NCBI GenBank assembly: GCA_964350865.1
Contig: CAYGLJ010000002.1
Span: 2,276 to 66,275 of the forward strand
Source of the DNA: an uncultured Microbacteriaceae bacterium
GTDB taxonomy: Bacteria > Actinomycetota > Actinomycetes > Actinomycetales > Microbacteriaceae
Length of the DNA: 64,000 nucleotides
Direction of reading: 5' to 3'
Shown: one piece after another, positions 1 to 10,852 of the stretch
Layout of the letters: every line of letters starts with the position of its first letter
How positions within the stretch are numbered: the first letter of the stretch is position 1
The notes under the pieces: generated by a model
The model's input: only the letters and a program-made list of their open reading frames with translations
What the model was told of the DNA's origin: nothing
The model's database searches: none
Translations under genes and position numbers: made by a program

Positions 1-2
1 CG

Positions 3-971
3 GTGATTACTTTCCTGAAGCTTCAGGAAATCATGACCACCCGACCCGTCCTCTTTAAGGGTCAGCAGTACGTGATGGCGATTCTCACCATCGCCGCCCT
101 GACCGGAGCTGTCATCGTCATCATGGACAGCAACTTCCTGGTCGCGAGTCTCCTGATGGCTGTCGGTCTTGTGATGGGCGTTCTGCTCGTGCTTCCTGTG
201 GGTGGCGCGGACGTACCCATCGTTATTTCGTTGCTCAACGCTCTGACCGGTTTGGCTGTTGCGGCCTCGGGTCTGGTTCTCGACAACACCTTGCTGTTGG
301 TCGCGGGAACACTCGTGGGAGCGTCGGGAACAATCCTGACCAGAGCGATGGCCAGCGCTATGGGCCGCAGTGTGAACAACATCATCTTTGGAGCATTCAA
401 GGGTGGTTCCACTGCCGGGTCGACCGAGGTCTCAGACCGACCCGTGAAGTCGGGATCCGCCGAGGACGTCGCGATTCTTCTGGGCTACGCCCAAAGGGTC
501 ATCGTGGTTCCCGGTTACGGTCTCGCAGTCGCCCAGGCCCAGCACACCATGTACGAACTGGCGAAGGCATTGGAAGAAAAGGGCATCGAAGTCGTCTTCG
601 GTATCCACCCCGTTGCCGGTCGTATGCCAGGACACATGAACGTGCTCTTGGCTGAAGCCAATGTGCCCTACGAGGTTCTGCAGGAAATGGACGAGGTCAA
701 CCCTCAGTTCAAGACAGCAGATGTGTGTCTCGTGGTGGGAGCAAACGACGTCGTAAACCCGGCAGCAAAGACCACGCCGGGCTCCCCCATCTATGGAATG
801 CCCATCCTCAACGCTGGGGATGCCCAGCAGGTCGTGTTCCTGAAGCGCTCGATGCGCCCAGGGTTCGCTGGTATTGAGAATGAGCTGCTCTATGAACCCA
901 ACACCACCTTGCTCTTTGGTGACGCAAAGGACACGTTGACGAAGGTCCTCGGCGCCGTCAAGGCTCTCTAG
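3..971 (+). CDS. pntB: NAD(P) transhydrogenase subunit beta, C-terminal portion (5' end outside window)
   Basis: ORF runs in from the window edge. TM segments are followed by a dIII domain with VIVVPGYGLAVAQAQH, GIHPVAGRMPGHMNVLLAEANVPY and VVGANDVVNPAA, typical of PntB. Confidence 0.9.
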   Translation: MITFLKLQEIMTTRPVLFKGQQYVMAILTIAALTGAVIVIMDSNFLVASLLMAVGLVMGVLLVLPVGGADVPIVISLLNALTGLAVAASGLVLDNTLLLVAGTLVGASGTILTRAMASAMGRSVNNIIFGAFKGGSTAGSTEVSDRPVKSGSAEDVAILLGYAQRVIVVPGYGLAVAQAQHTMYELAKALEEKGIEVVFGIHPVAGRMPGHMNVLLAEANVPYEVLQEMDEVNPQFKTADVCLVVGANDVVNPAAKTTPGSPIYGMPILNAGDAQQVVFLKRSMRPGFAGIENELLYEPNTTLLFGDAKDTLTKVLGAVKAL

Positions 972-981
972 GGGCGTCTCG

Positions 982-1281
982 GTGCCGATTTACGCCGTCA
1001 CCTACCGGTACGCAAATCAGCCGGAGGTGATCGCGGAACACCGGCCTGCGCACCGCGAATACATTGCCTCACTGCTGAGTGAGGGCGGACTTATTGCGAG
1101 CGGTCGTACCGAGGGTGGTGAGATTCCCAGTGCTCTGCTCCTCTTTCAGGCGGACTCGGTTGCCGAGGTCGAGAAGGTTCTTGATCCGGATCCATTCTGG
1201 ACTTTGGGTGTGATTGAGAAGCGAGAGATTGTGGAGTGGATTCTCTCCTCAGGGACGCTAGGCCTCGATAGTGAGCGCTAG
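982..1281 (+). CDS. YciI-family protein
   Basis: 99 aa. The YAVTYRY...HRPAHREYI...GGLIASGR pattern resembles the YciI-like fold. GTG start 11 nt after the pntB stop. Confidence 0.65.
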   Translation: MPIYAVTYRYANQPEVIAEHRPAHREYIASLLSEGGLIASGRTEGGEIPSALLLFQADSVAEVEKVLDPDPFWTLGVIEKREIVEWILSSGTLGLDSER

Positions 1282-2059
1282 AACGACTGCCCGACGTGCC
1301 CTCGTGACGGGGGCGAGCTCAGGTATTGGGTTAGCAACTGTCCGCCTGTTGGTTGAGAGCGGATGGTCTGTTATCGCTGTGGCACGGCGAGCAGACCGGT
1401 TGGAACAGCTTCGAGCAGACACGGGATGCGACATTGTGGTGGCCGACGTCACCCAGGATGCTGATGTTGAGGCAGTCCGTGAGTACGTGGACTCCACCGG
1501 GGGAATTTCTGCGCTGGTCAATAATGCCGGCGGCGCGGTGGGCATCGAGTGGATTGACCAGGCCGATGCCGATGATTGGGCTCGGATGTTTGATGTGAAC
1601 GTGTTGGGTGTTCAACGAATGACCAAGGCGCTCTTGCCGTCTCTTCGGAGAGCGTCCGCAGAGCTCGGTGTTGCCGACATCGTGACCATATCCTCGACCG
1701 CAGCATTTCTCAGCTATGAGGGTGGTGCTGGATATACAGCAGCGAAGGCTGCTGTGCACTCCGTGCTCGTGGGTCTAAGGCTTGAGTTATCGGGTGAACC
1801 CTTGCGAGTGGTGGAGATTGCCCCGGGGATGGTGAAGACAGAGGAATTCACACTCAATCGTTTTGGTGGCGACCGTGAACGCACCGAGGCTCTGTACGAG
1901 GGAGTGGAGAATCCCTTGGTCGCGGAGGACGTCGCCGATGTTGTTCGTTTTGCGCTGGAATCCCCTGCTCATGTGAATCTGGATCTGATTCAGATGAAGC
2001 CGGTGGCCCAGGCCATGCAACACAAGCTCCACCGGGGACCGCTGAAGCCCAAGCTGTAA
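1271..2059 (+). CDS. short-chain dehydrogenase/reductase (SDR) family oxidoreductase
   Basis: TGASSGIGLA cofactor motif, NNAG, and YTAAKAA catalytic Y-x3-K. GTG start overlaps the YciI gene by 11 nt. Confidence 0.85.
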   Translation: MSARTTARRALVTGASSGIGLATVRLLVESGWSVIAVARRADRLEQLRADTGCDIVVADVTQDADVEAVREYVDSTGGISALVNNAGGAVGIEWIDQADADDWARMFDVNVLGVQRMTKALLPSLRRASAELGVADIVTISSTAAFLSYEGGAGYTAAKAAVHSVLVGLRLELSGEPLRVVEIAPGMVKTEEFTLNRFGGDRERTEALYEGVENPLVAEDVADVVRFALESPAHVNLDLIQMKPVAQAMQHKLHRGPLKPKL

Positions 2060-2093
2060 AAGGCGGGAAAGGCGCCCCCGCTAGAGTAAACAG

Positions 2094-2942
2094 GTGATTC
2101 GCCGCCTCGTTGAAATCTCTCGACCCGTTCTCTGGGTCAACACCATTGGGACCACGGTTATTGGAATGTGGTTGGCCGGCGAGCTCTGGACCTGGGCGAT
2201 TATTCCCATCTTGATCTGGGTGACTTTTCCCTTCAATTTGTTGATCTATGGGATTAACGACATCTACGACCAGGACACCGACGCGGATAACGACCGCAAG
2301 GGTGGTTATGGTGGCGCCAAAATAAAGCCCCATGAAACCCGGATGATTGGGTGGGGTGTCATCCTCACCAATGTTCCCTTCCTTGTCTACTTCGCAGTGA
2401 CATTGCCCTGGGAAGCTGTCGCATGGATGGCTCTTTACGCTTTCTCTTTCTGGCAGTACTCCGCAACACCACTGCGTTTCAAGGGGCGCCCCATCCTGGA
2501 TTCTGTGTCCAATGCGGACTATGCGTTCCCTCTCGTATTTGTTCCTTTCGCCTTAGGCGCAGATCCGGTCTGGGCGGCAGCGATTGGACTTATGGCCTGG
2601 TCGATGGCCAAACACGTTTACGACGCGATCCAAGACATTGACGAAGATCGGGATGCTGGTATTCGCACGACCGCAGTCGCGTTTGGTGTTCGAGGATCAC
2701 TCGTGTGGTCAGGTGTGTGGTGGACCGTGTCAACGGTGCTGTTTGCCTTCGTGAACCTGCCGGTTGCGGTAGTCAACGCGGTGCTCGCGGGATGGCTCGT
2801 TTTCGCTCAGTGGCGGAAACCCACCGTTGAGGTTGCGCGGAAGCTCTATCGCTACTCGGTGGCGTTTCCCTATGTGGCGGGCGCGGTTGCTGGTGTCCAG
2901 CTGGTGGCGGGTCTGACTTTGGGGCTGTACCCCTCACCGTGA
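2094..2942 (+). CDS. UbiA-family prenyltransferase, lycopene-elongase (CrtEb/LyeJ)-like
   Basis: Polytopic membrane protein with two Asp-rich motifs: YGINDIYDQDTDADNDRKGG and YDAIQDIDEDRDAG. SRPVLWVNT and YSATPLRFKGRPILD blocks resemble my recollection of Corynebacterium CrtEb. Confidence 0.7.
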   Translation: MIRRLVEISRPVLWVNTIGTTVIGMWLAGELWTWAIIPILIWVTFPFNLLIYGINDIYDQDTDADNDRKGGYGGAKIKPHETRMIGWGVILTNVPFLVYFAVTLPWEAVAWMALYAFSFWQYSATPLRFKGRPILDSVSNADYAFPLVFVPFALGADPVWAAAIGLMAWSMAKHVYDAIQDIDEDRDAGIRTTAVAFGVRGSLVWSGVWWTVSTVLFAFVNLPVAVVNAVLAGWLVFAQWRKPTVEVARKLYRYSVAFPYVAGAVAGVQLVAGLTLGLYPSP

Positions 2943-4354
2943 CCTCTCGCATCGTCGTTATCGGAGCAGGGCTTGGTGGCCTTGCGACCTCTGCGTTGCT
3001 GGCTCGGGCAGGACATGAGGTCACCGTTCTCGAAGGCCAAGACTGGGTGGGCGGTAAGAGCCGCCGTATTGAGGTGGCGGGGCAGCGCATCGATACTGGT
3101 CCGTCGCTGGTCACTTTCCCTGATGTTCTGGAACAGATTCTCGATACCTACGACGAAGTCGGACCCGCTACCGAGAAGGCCCGGGACATCGCCGGCATTA
3201 CGCTCGAGCGCCTGCCGGAGGTTGGTCGCTACTACTTCAAAGATCAACAAGCCAACCTTCCGGTGGAAGCCGGGCACCCCTGGCATGAATCGTGGGCGCG
3301 ATTTGAGAAGGAGAATGGCCAGCTTGGTCCGGCCATCACGAACCTTCTGACCACTGACCCGACAGATCCGGGAATTTTGGGAGCTGTCCTTCGGTTGCTC
3401 TCGAGGTATGGGACGAAACTAACAACTCAGGCATATTTAGATTCGCTCTCCTGGATGCCAGACGATGTCAAAGACGTTGTCGCTATTCACACCCTGAATG
3501 CTGGAGTTGCGCCGGATCAGACTCTTGCCCTCTACGCGAGCATGGCGGCGGTCATGTCGAGTGATGGCGTTTTTGTTCCCCGCGGTGGAGTGTATGAAAT
3601 TGCGAAGGGATTAGAAGCCCTTGCCCTGCACGCAGGGGTGACCATTCACACTGGCGAACCAGTAGTCAGCGTCAGGAAGGGGCTCGTCACCACCAGGCGC
3701 GCCACATACAACGCTGACTATGTGGTGAGCGCCCTGGATGGTGGGATCCTCGAAGGCTTGCTCGGGAAGCAGGCGCCTGCCCCCAAGGTTCTCTCCTGCT
3801 CAGGAGTGGCGATTTTTGGCGTCTTGGATGAGGAACTCCCTGACGACGTGGTGACGCACTCGGTGATGATGCCGGATCGCCCCGCGGAGCTATTCGATGA
3901 TTTGGCCAAGCGCGTGGTCCCTTCCCAGACCATGGCGTTCTTGAATTACTACAGAGCAAACACGATTTACCCGAATGACAAGCCTGTTGCGGCCCTGTTG
4001 CTCACCGCTCCGCCCAACGGAATGTCCGCGTCCATCACCGATGATTTCGTGAAGAGCGAATCGAGGCGCTTTTCGGACATGCTCGGTCTTGACCGAGGAA
4101 TCATCGAGCGCATGACGGACTACACCATTCTTGACCCCGGATACTTTTCCGGGTTTGGTGCGGTGGGGGGAGCGCTCTATGGCGCTCCTGCTCCGTGGTG
4201 GCGCAGCGGGCCTTTCCACACACCGGCCTACAACTCACCCCTCACCCCCTGGTTGTGGAGGGTGGGCTCTAGCGTGCACCCGGGGGGCGGAATCCCCGCG
4301 GTACTCGGCGGCGTTCTGATTGCTACACGAAGGATGTTGCGCAAGATTAGCTGA
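2939..4354 (+). CDS. phytoene-desaturase-family FAD-dependent oxidoreductase (CrtD/CrtI-like)
   Basis: N-terminal VVIGAGLGGLATSALLARAGHEVTVLEG...GGKS dinucleotide fold and C-terminal VGSSVHPGGGIPAVLGG motif. GTGA start/stop overlap with the upstream prenyltransferase. Confidence 0.75.
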   Translation: MTSRIVVIGAGLGGLATSALLARAGHEVTVLEGQDWVGGKSRRIEVAGQRIDTGPSLVTFPDVLEQILDTYDEVGPATEKARDIAGITLERLPEVGRYYFKDQQANLPVEAGHPWHESWARFEKENGQLGPAITNLLTTDPTDPGILGAVLRLLSRYGTKLTTQAYLDSLSWMPDDVKDVVAIHTLNAGVAPDQTLALYASMAAVMSSDGVFVPRGGVYEIAKGLEALALHAGVTIHTGEPVVSVRKGLVTTRRATYNADYVVSALDGGILEGLLGKQAPAPKVLSCSGVAIFGVLDEELPDDVVTHSVMMPDRPAELFDDLAKRVVPSQTMAFLNYYRANTIYPNDKPVAALLLTAPPNGMSASITDDFVKSESRRFSDMLGLDRGIIERMTDYTILDPGYFSGFGAVGGALYGAPAPWWRSGPFHTPAYNSPLTPWLWRVGSSVHPGGGIPAVLGGVLIATRRMLRKIS

Positions 4355-4363
4355 ATCGTGAAG

Positions 4364-4436
4364 TGGCTCCGACCGGCATCGATCCGGTGACCTTTCGATT
4401 TTCAGTCGAACGCTCTACCAACTGAGCTACAGAGCC
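4364..4436 (-). tRNA. tRNA-Phe (anticodon GAA)
   Basis: The reverse complement folds as a cloverleaf. Acceptor ggctctg/cggagcc, D arm gctc-agttggta-gagc, anticodon arm ttcga-ctGAAaa-tcgaa, T arm accgg-atcgatg-ccggt. No encoded CCA. Confidence 0.85.
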
Positions 4437-4444
4437 TTGGTGGA

Positions 4445-4472
4445 AAAGAGCCTCTCGTGAGAGAGGCTCTTT
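4445..4472 (-). terminator. perfect 12-bp hairpin in the tRNA-Asp/tRNA-Phe spacer (terminator- or processing-like)
   Basis: aaagagcctctc-gtga-gagaggctcttt. On the minus-strand RNA the stem is followed by UUUUCC. Confidence 0.35.
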
Positions 4473-4480
4473 CGCTACCG

Positions 4481-4554
4481 CGACCCTGACGGGACTTGAA
4501 CCCGCGACCTCCGCCGTGACAGGGCGGCACGCTAACCAACTGCGCTACAGGGCC
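4481..4554 (-). tRNA. tRNA-Asp (anticodon GTC)
   Basis: Reverse complement ggccctgtagcgcagttggttagcg...ccctGTCacgg...gcgggttcaagtcccgtcagggtcg gives a canonical cloverleaf with a TTCAAGT T-loop. Confidence 0.9.
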
Positions 4555-4579
4555 ATGCTTGTTGAATTGTGATCGGGAG

Positions 4580-4652
4580 TGACCCCAACGGGATTCGAAC
4601 CCGTGCTACCGCCGTGAAAGGGCGGCGTCCTAGGCCACTAAACGATGGGGCC
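4580..4652 (-). tRNA. tRNA-Glu (anticodon TTC)
   Basis: Reverse complement ggccccatcgtttagtggcctaggac...ccctTTCacgg...cacgggttcgaatcccgttggggtca gives a canonical cloverleaf. Confidence 0.9.
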
Positions 4653-4685
4653 GTCTCGTGAGCCGAAGCACAGCAACAGGGATTG

Positions 4686-4714
4686 AGTCTAGAGAGCCTT
4701 GCGAAGTTATGCAA
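4686..4714 (-). promoter_or_regulatory. candidate sigma-A-type promoter of the tRNA Glu-Asp-Phe operon
   Basis: Minus strand reads TTGCAT-N17-TAGACT. The -10 lies about 35 nt upstream of the tRNA-Glu 5' end. Confidence 0.4.
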
Positions 4715-4755
4715 ACCCCTAGAGACGACCGCCACACCGCCTGAAACCCCGGCTG

Positions 4756-6000
4756 GTGGGGGAGATGTGGTTATCGTTATCTTCCGTGAGAGCCCTTAGT
4801 CCACGCCAATTCTGGCCTGCCATCGCGACCCTCGGCGCATTGGTGATGGTCTTGAGCCTGGGCCTGCCCTCACAGAGCCCCGCCTATGCCGACGAATATC
4901 CGACCTGGGAGGAAGTCCAGGAAGCCCGGAAGGACGTTGCTCGCGCTGAGGCCAAAGTAAAGGAGATCATGGCTCTCCTCGAGAAGCTTGAAGTCGCTGC
5001 TGCCGAGGCTGAAGAGGAAGCTGCTCGTCTGGGTGAGATCTACTATGAGGCGCTCTACGAATTAGACGAGGCCACATTCCAGCAAGCCCAACTGCAGACG
5101 CAAGCAGATTCGGCTGCTGCGGTGGCGGAAGAGTCTCGTATGAAGGCTGGTCAGTTCGTGGCCGAACTCGCGCGAGTGGGTGGCGCTGATCTCACCGCGA
5201 CGCTGTTCATCAGCGGCGATGACGCGAACCAACTCCTGAGTCGCATTGGCTATGCCGCCAAAATTGCTGAACAGACCGATGGAATCTACGCCAGGGCGCT
5301 GTCTGACCAAAACACCGCGCAAGCGTTGAGCGACCAAGCTGAAGTTGCCCGACAAATTCGTGAAGAACTTCAGCTTGTTGCAGAGGCTGCCTACGACCAG
5401 GCGAATGCTGCAGCAATGCGCGCCTATTCTGCGGTCGAGGCACAGTTGGAGAACAGTGCCCGGTTGGAAGCGCAGCTCGAGGTATTGATCGAGCAGCGTG
5501 AAGCAACCGAAGCGGACTACCAAAAGGGTGTGATTGCTCGCCAGCAGTCGGAGATCATGGGCATGATTGATCCCGGTCAAATCAGCGCCTCCGGATGGGC
5601 TCGCCCCTCTGGGGGGTATATCTCCAGTCACTTTGGACCGCGCATCCACCCCATTTATGGAATTGCTCGACTCCACGCCGGAATTGATCTGGCGACCCCC
5701 TGTGGCCGGCCGGTCTATGCGGCGAGATCGGGTCGAGTGAGCTATTCCGGATGGTTGGGGACCTCAGGAAACTTCATCCGCGTGACGCACGAGGACGGAT
5801 ACACCACGGGCTATGCCCACCTGCAGAGCGGGTCACTCTATGTTCGCCTGGGAGAGTCGGTTGTCACCGGTCAGTTGATTGCCCGGATTGGAAACACTGG
5901 TGGTTCCACAGGATGCCACCTCCACTTAGAGACCCGGCAGAACATGGTCGCTCAGGATCCCTACCCCTTCTTCCTCAACCGAGGAATCCGGCTCGGATAG
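4756..6000 (+). CDS. secreted M23-family metallopeptidase with long N-terminal coiled coil
   Basis: Signal peptide ending AYA/DE and a roughly 230-aa Ala/Glu/Gln-rich coiled coil. The C-terminal M23 domain carries HAGIDLA, GYAHL and GCHLHLE. The exact start (GTG 4756 or ATG 4765) is uncertain. Confidence 0.85.
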   Translation: MGEMWLSLSSVRALSPRQFWPAIATLGALVMVLSLGLPSQSPAYADEYPTWEEVQEARKDVARAEAKVKEIMALLEKLEVAAAEAEEEAARLGEIYYEALYELDEATFQQAQLQTQADSAAAVAEESRMKAGQFVAELARVGGADLTATLFISGDDANQLLSRIGYAAKIAEQTDGIYARALSDQNTAQALSDQAEVARQIREELQLVAEAAYDQANAAAMRAYSAVEAQLENSARLEAQLEVLIEQREATEADYQKGVIARQQSEIMGMIDPGQISASGWARPSGGYISSHFGPRIHPIYGIARLHAGIDLATPCGRPVYAARSGRVSYSGWLGTSGNFIRVTHEDGYTTGYAHLQSGSLYVRLGESVVTGQLIARIGNTGGSTGCHLHLETRQNMVAQDPYPFFLNRGIRLG

Positions 6001-6004
6001 TGAC

Positions 6005-6490
6005 CTAGTGGCCGGGGAACGCCTCAATGCCGGCCTGAACGATTTTTTCTGCCTCAGCGACTGAAGCCCAGCCCTCGGTCTTGACCCATTTGCCGGGCTC
6101 AAGGTCCTTGTAGTGCTCGAAAAAGTGCTCGATCTCTTTGCGGGTGTACTCGGGGATGTCGTTGACGTCTTGGATGTGGTCCCAGCGGGGGTCGCCTGCA
6201 GGAACGCCCACCACTTTGGCGTCGCTGCCCCCGTCATCTGTCATGTTGAAGACACCGACGGGGCGAACGGTGACGCCCACTCCTGGAAACAAGGGGTATT
6301 CGGTGAGAAGAAGAAGGTCGACGGGATCGCCATCCAAACCCAGGGTGTTCTCGAAGAAGCCATAGTCGGTGGGGTAGACAAAAGTTGTGTAGAGGACTCG
6401 GTCCAAGAAGACCCGACCAGTCTTGTGGTCTACCTCGTACTTGTTGCGGCTACCGCGGGGAATTTCGATGATGGCGGGGTATTCGGCCAT
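6005..6490 (-). CDS. ppa: inorganic pyrophosphatase
   Basis: 161 aa with [13 protein letters not shown] and YPTDYGF...LGLDGDPVD family-I PPase motifs. Confidence 0.95.
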   Translation of the reverse strand: MAEYPAIIEIPRGSRNKYEVDHKTGRVFLDRVLYTTFVYPTDYGFFENTLGLDGDPVDLLLLTEYPLFPGVGVTVRPVGVFNMTDDGGSDAKVVGVPAGDPRWDHIQDVNDIPEYTRKEIEHFFEHYKDLEPGKWVKTEGWASVAEAEKIVQAGIEAFPGH

Positions 6491-6537
6491 GACACAGGAC
6501 TCCTTTAAGAGAAAGTTTCGTGAAGTAACCTTACCGG

Positions 6538-7554
6538 GTGGCCCAGACTACAAGCTCGGGAGCGCGCCCCCGCCTGACCCCTGCCATGGCGGATGTCCGC
6601 CGGGCGGCCAGAGAGTGGGCTGGAAGCCTCGATGCTTCACCAGGTCGAGCCCTGTATTTGGTGGGTTTGAGTGGCGGAGGGGATTCACTCGCCTTGGCCT
6701 GGGCCCTCTCCCACGAGGCAGGTTCGTTGGGGTTGGATATTGGCGCGGTCATTGTCGACCACGGCCTGCAGCCTGGTTCCTTCGACATTGCTCAGCGAGC
6801 GGCAAGTGAAGCGGAGGCTTTGGGCCTCCAACCCGTGTTGATCAAATCGGTGAGCGTGGAAGGGACCGCCAATCTTGAGGACGCTGCTCGCGTGGCTCGC
6901 CATCGGGCATTCACCGAGGCAGTGCGCGAAACCGGAGCTCAGGGTGTCGTGCTCGCGCACACTATGGATGACCAAGCCGAGACCGTACTCCTGGGCTTGA
7001 CGAGGGGCAGTGGACCGAGCGGACTCAAAGGAATGCCCAGCCGAGACGGCATCCTCCACCGTCCTTTTCTCGGTCTCGCGCGGGGGACGCTTCGCGAGGC
7101 TCTCGTGGATGCGGGGATGAACTGGTGGGAGGATCCGCACAACGCGGATGAGCGTTTTACCAGAGTGAGGGTGCGTCATCAGGTGCTCCCTGTCCTAGAG
7201 CGTGAAATGGGCCCGGGCGTTGCGCAGGCACTCGCTCGTACCGCAGAACTTTTCCGCGCCGATGCGACCGCCCTCGATGATGACGCCACACAGTGGTTCG
7301 ATAGCCACGCAACATCGTTAGATGATGGTTCGTGGGCGTTGCCGGTCGCTGATACCGAGCGGTTGAGTGCGGCCCTGCAGACGAGGGTCCTACGGATGCT
7401 GGTTGTTCGGGCCGGTGGTGGCGCGCCCACCTATGCGCACACCGCGCAGATGAGGCGTCTTCTCGAGCACTGGAAGGGCCAATCAGCCATTGATGTTTCC
7501 GGCGCTAGTGTGGAGCGCAGGGACGGGCAAATCGTGGCCCGAGCGAGTAGGTAG
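6538..7554 (+). CDS. tilS: tRNA(Ile)-lysidine synthetase
   Basis: PP-loop [14 protein letters not shown], followed by [12 protein letters not shown]. Position upstream of hpt is as in other actinobacteria. The start may instead be the internal Met at 6586. Confidence 0.85.
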   Translation: MAQTTSSGARPRLTPAMADVRRAAREWAGSLDASPGRALYLVGLSGGGDSLALAWALSHEAGSLGLDIGAVIVDHGLQPGSFDIAQRAASEAEALGLQPVLIKSVSVEGTANLEDAARVARHRAFTEAVRETGAQGVVLAHTMDDQAETVLLGLTRGSGPSGLKGMPSRDGILHRPFLGLARGTLREALVDAGMNWWEDPHNADERFTRVRVRHQVLPVLEREMGPGVAQALARTAELFRADATALDDDATQWFDSHATSLDDGSWALPVADTERLSAALQTRVLRMLVVRAGGGAPTYAHTAQMRRLLEHWKGQSAIDVSGASVERRDGQIVARASR

Positions 7555-7564
7555 GGCACAGGTA

Positions 7565-8119
7565 ATGGAATTCGAGGACGTCAACTCTGACATCGAATCA
7601 GTTGTTCTCACCAAAGAGCAGATTGCTGAGGGCATTGCTCGAATTGCCCGGGAGATCGAGAAAAATCACACTGGTCACACCCCACTGTTGATTGGTGTGC
7701 TGAAGGGCGCTGTCATGGTGATGGCGGATCTCGCGCGCGAGCTCCATATTCCGATCGAGATGGACTGGATGGCGGTGTCGAGTTACGGCGCTTCCACCAA
7801 GTCCAGCGGTGTGGTGCGGATTGTTAAAGACCTCGAGATTTCCCTCGAGGGTCGTCACGTCATCATTGTGGAGGACATTGTCGACTCAGGGTTGACGCTG
7901 TCGTGGCTGTTAGAGAACTTTGAGAGCCGCCAAGCAGCATCGGTCAGCGTTGCCACACTCTTGCGTAAACCCGACGCGATGAAGGTGGACGTGCCCATCG
8001 ACTATCTCGGGTTCGACATACCCAACGATTTTGTGGTGGGTTTCGGGTTGGATTACGCCGAGTCCTATCGCAATCTCAGTGGTGTGGGGGTTCTGAAACC
8101 CGCTGTCTACGGGGGCTAA
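7565..8119 (+). CDS. hpt: hypoxanthine phosphoribosyltransferase
   Basis: PRPP motif VIIVEDIVDSGLTL and LLIGVLKGAVMVMADL. The ATG at 7565 avoids overlap with tilS, so the track ORF from 7490 is taken as a 5' over-extension. Confidence 0.9.
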   Translation: MEFEDVNSDIESVVLTKEQIAEGIARIAREIEKNHTGHTPLLIGVLKGAVMVMADLARELHIPIEMDWMAVSSYGASTKSSGVVRIVKDLEISLEGRHVIIVEDIVDSGLTLSWLLENFESRQAASVSVATLLRKPDAMKVDVPIDYLGFDIPNDFVVGFGLDYAESYRNLSGVGVLKPAVYGG

Positions 8120-8220
8120 GACCGTCCTTTGCCTCCGGCGAACACGTGGTTTTTGGCTTCTGCATCGCGCTAGCCTGTTAGCTTGACTCCCGGTCCACCG
8201 AAAGGCACCAGACTCTCGTC

Positions 8221-10276
<2,056 letters not shown>

Positions 10277-10284
<8 letters not shown>

Positions 10285-10852
10285 CGAGGCCATCAAGAAG
10301 GCAGTAGGGGACATTCTTCTCGCGGTCGGTGAGGACCCCTCGCGTAAGGGACTCGCGACCACGCCGGATCGAGTTGCTGAGCTCTTTGCCGACCTTTATT
10401 CGGGCGTCGGTGTTGACCCGGTGGACGTGCTCAGGGACGCGAAAGAGGTTCCTGCAGGGGAATCTGAGCGAGGCGAGCTGGTGGCCCTTCGGGACATCTC
10501 CTTCATCTCACTCTGTGAACATCACCTGTTGCCTTTTGAAGGGCACGCCAGTGTGGTGTACGAACCAGGCTCCTCCATCGTGGGCTTAGGGACACTGGCG
10601 ACACTGGTCGAAGTGACGGCACGACGGCCGCAGCTTCAAGAGCGAGTTGGCGAGATGGTGGCCCAGGCCTTGGTGTCCTCCGGTGTTGCTCGCGGCGCTC
10701 TCGTGTTGGTGTCGGCTGTGCACGGATGCGTCGCTTATCGCGGGCCTCAGCAGCGACTGACGACCGTGACAGTGGCCACAGAGGGAACGCTCTCTGAAGA
10801 CACCAAGAGGCACGAAGCCCTTCTCCTCGCAGGAGGCGAGGACTGGGCGTGA
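10277..10852 (+). CDS. folE: GTP cyclohydrolase I
   Basis: CEHHLLPF active-site motif and ERPQLQERV-like [14 protein letters not shown] start overlaps the ftsH 3' end by 8 nt. Confidence 0.9.

Noticed and set aside
4532-4735. 67-aa minus-strand ORF.
   Set aside because: It overlaps tRNA-Asp and tRNA-Glu and their promoter region, so it is not coding.
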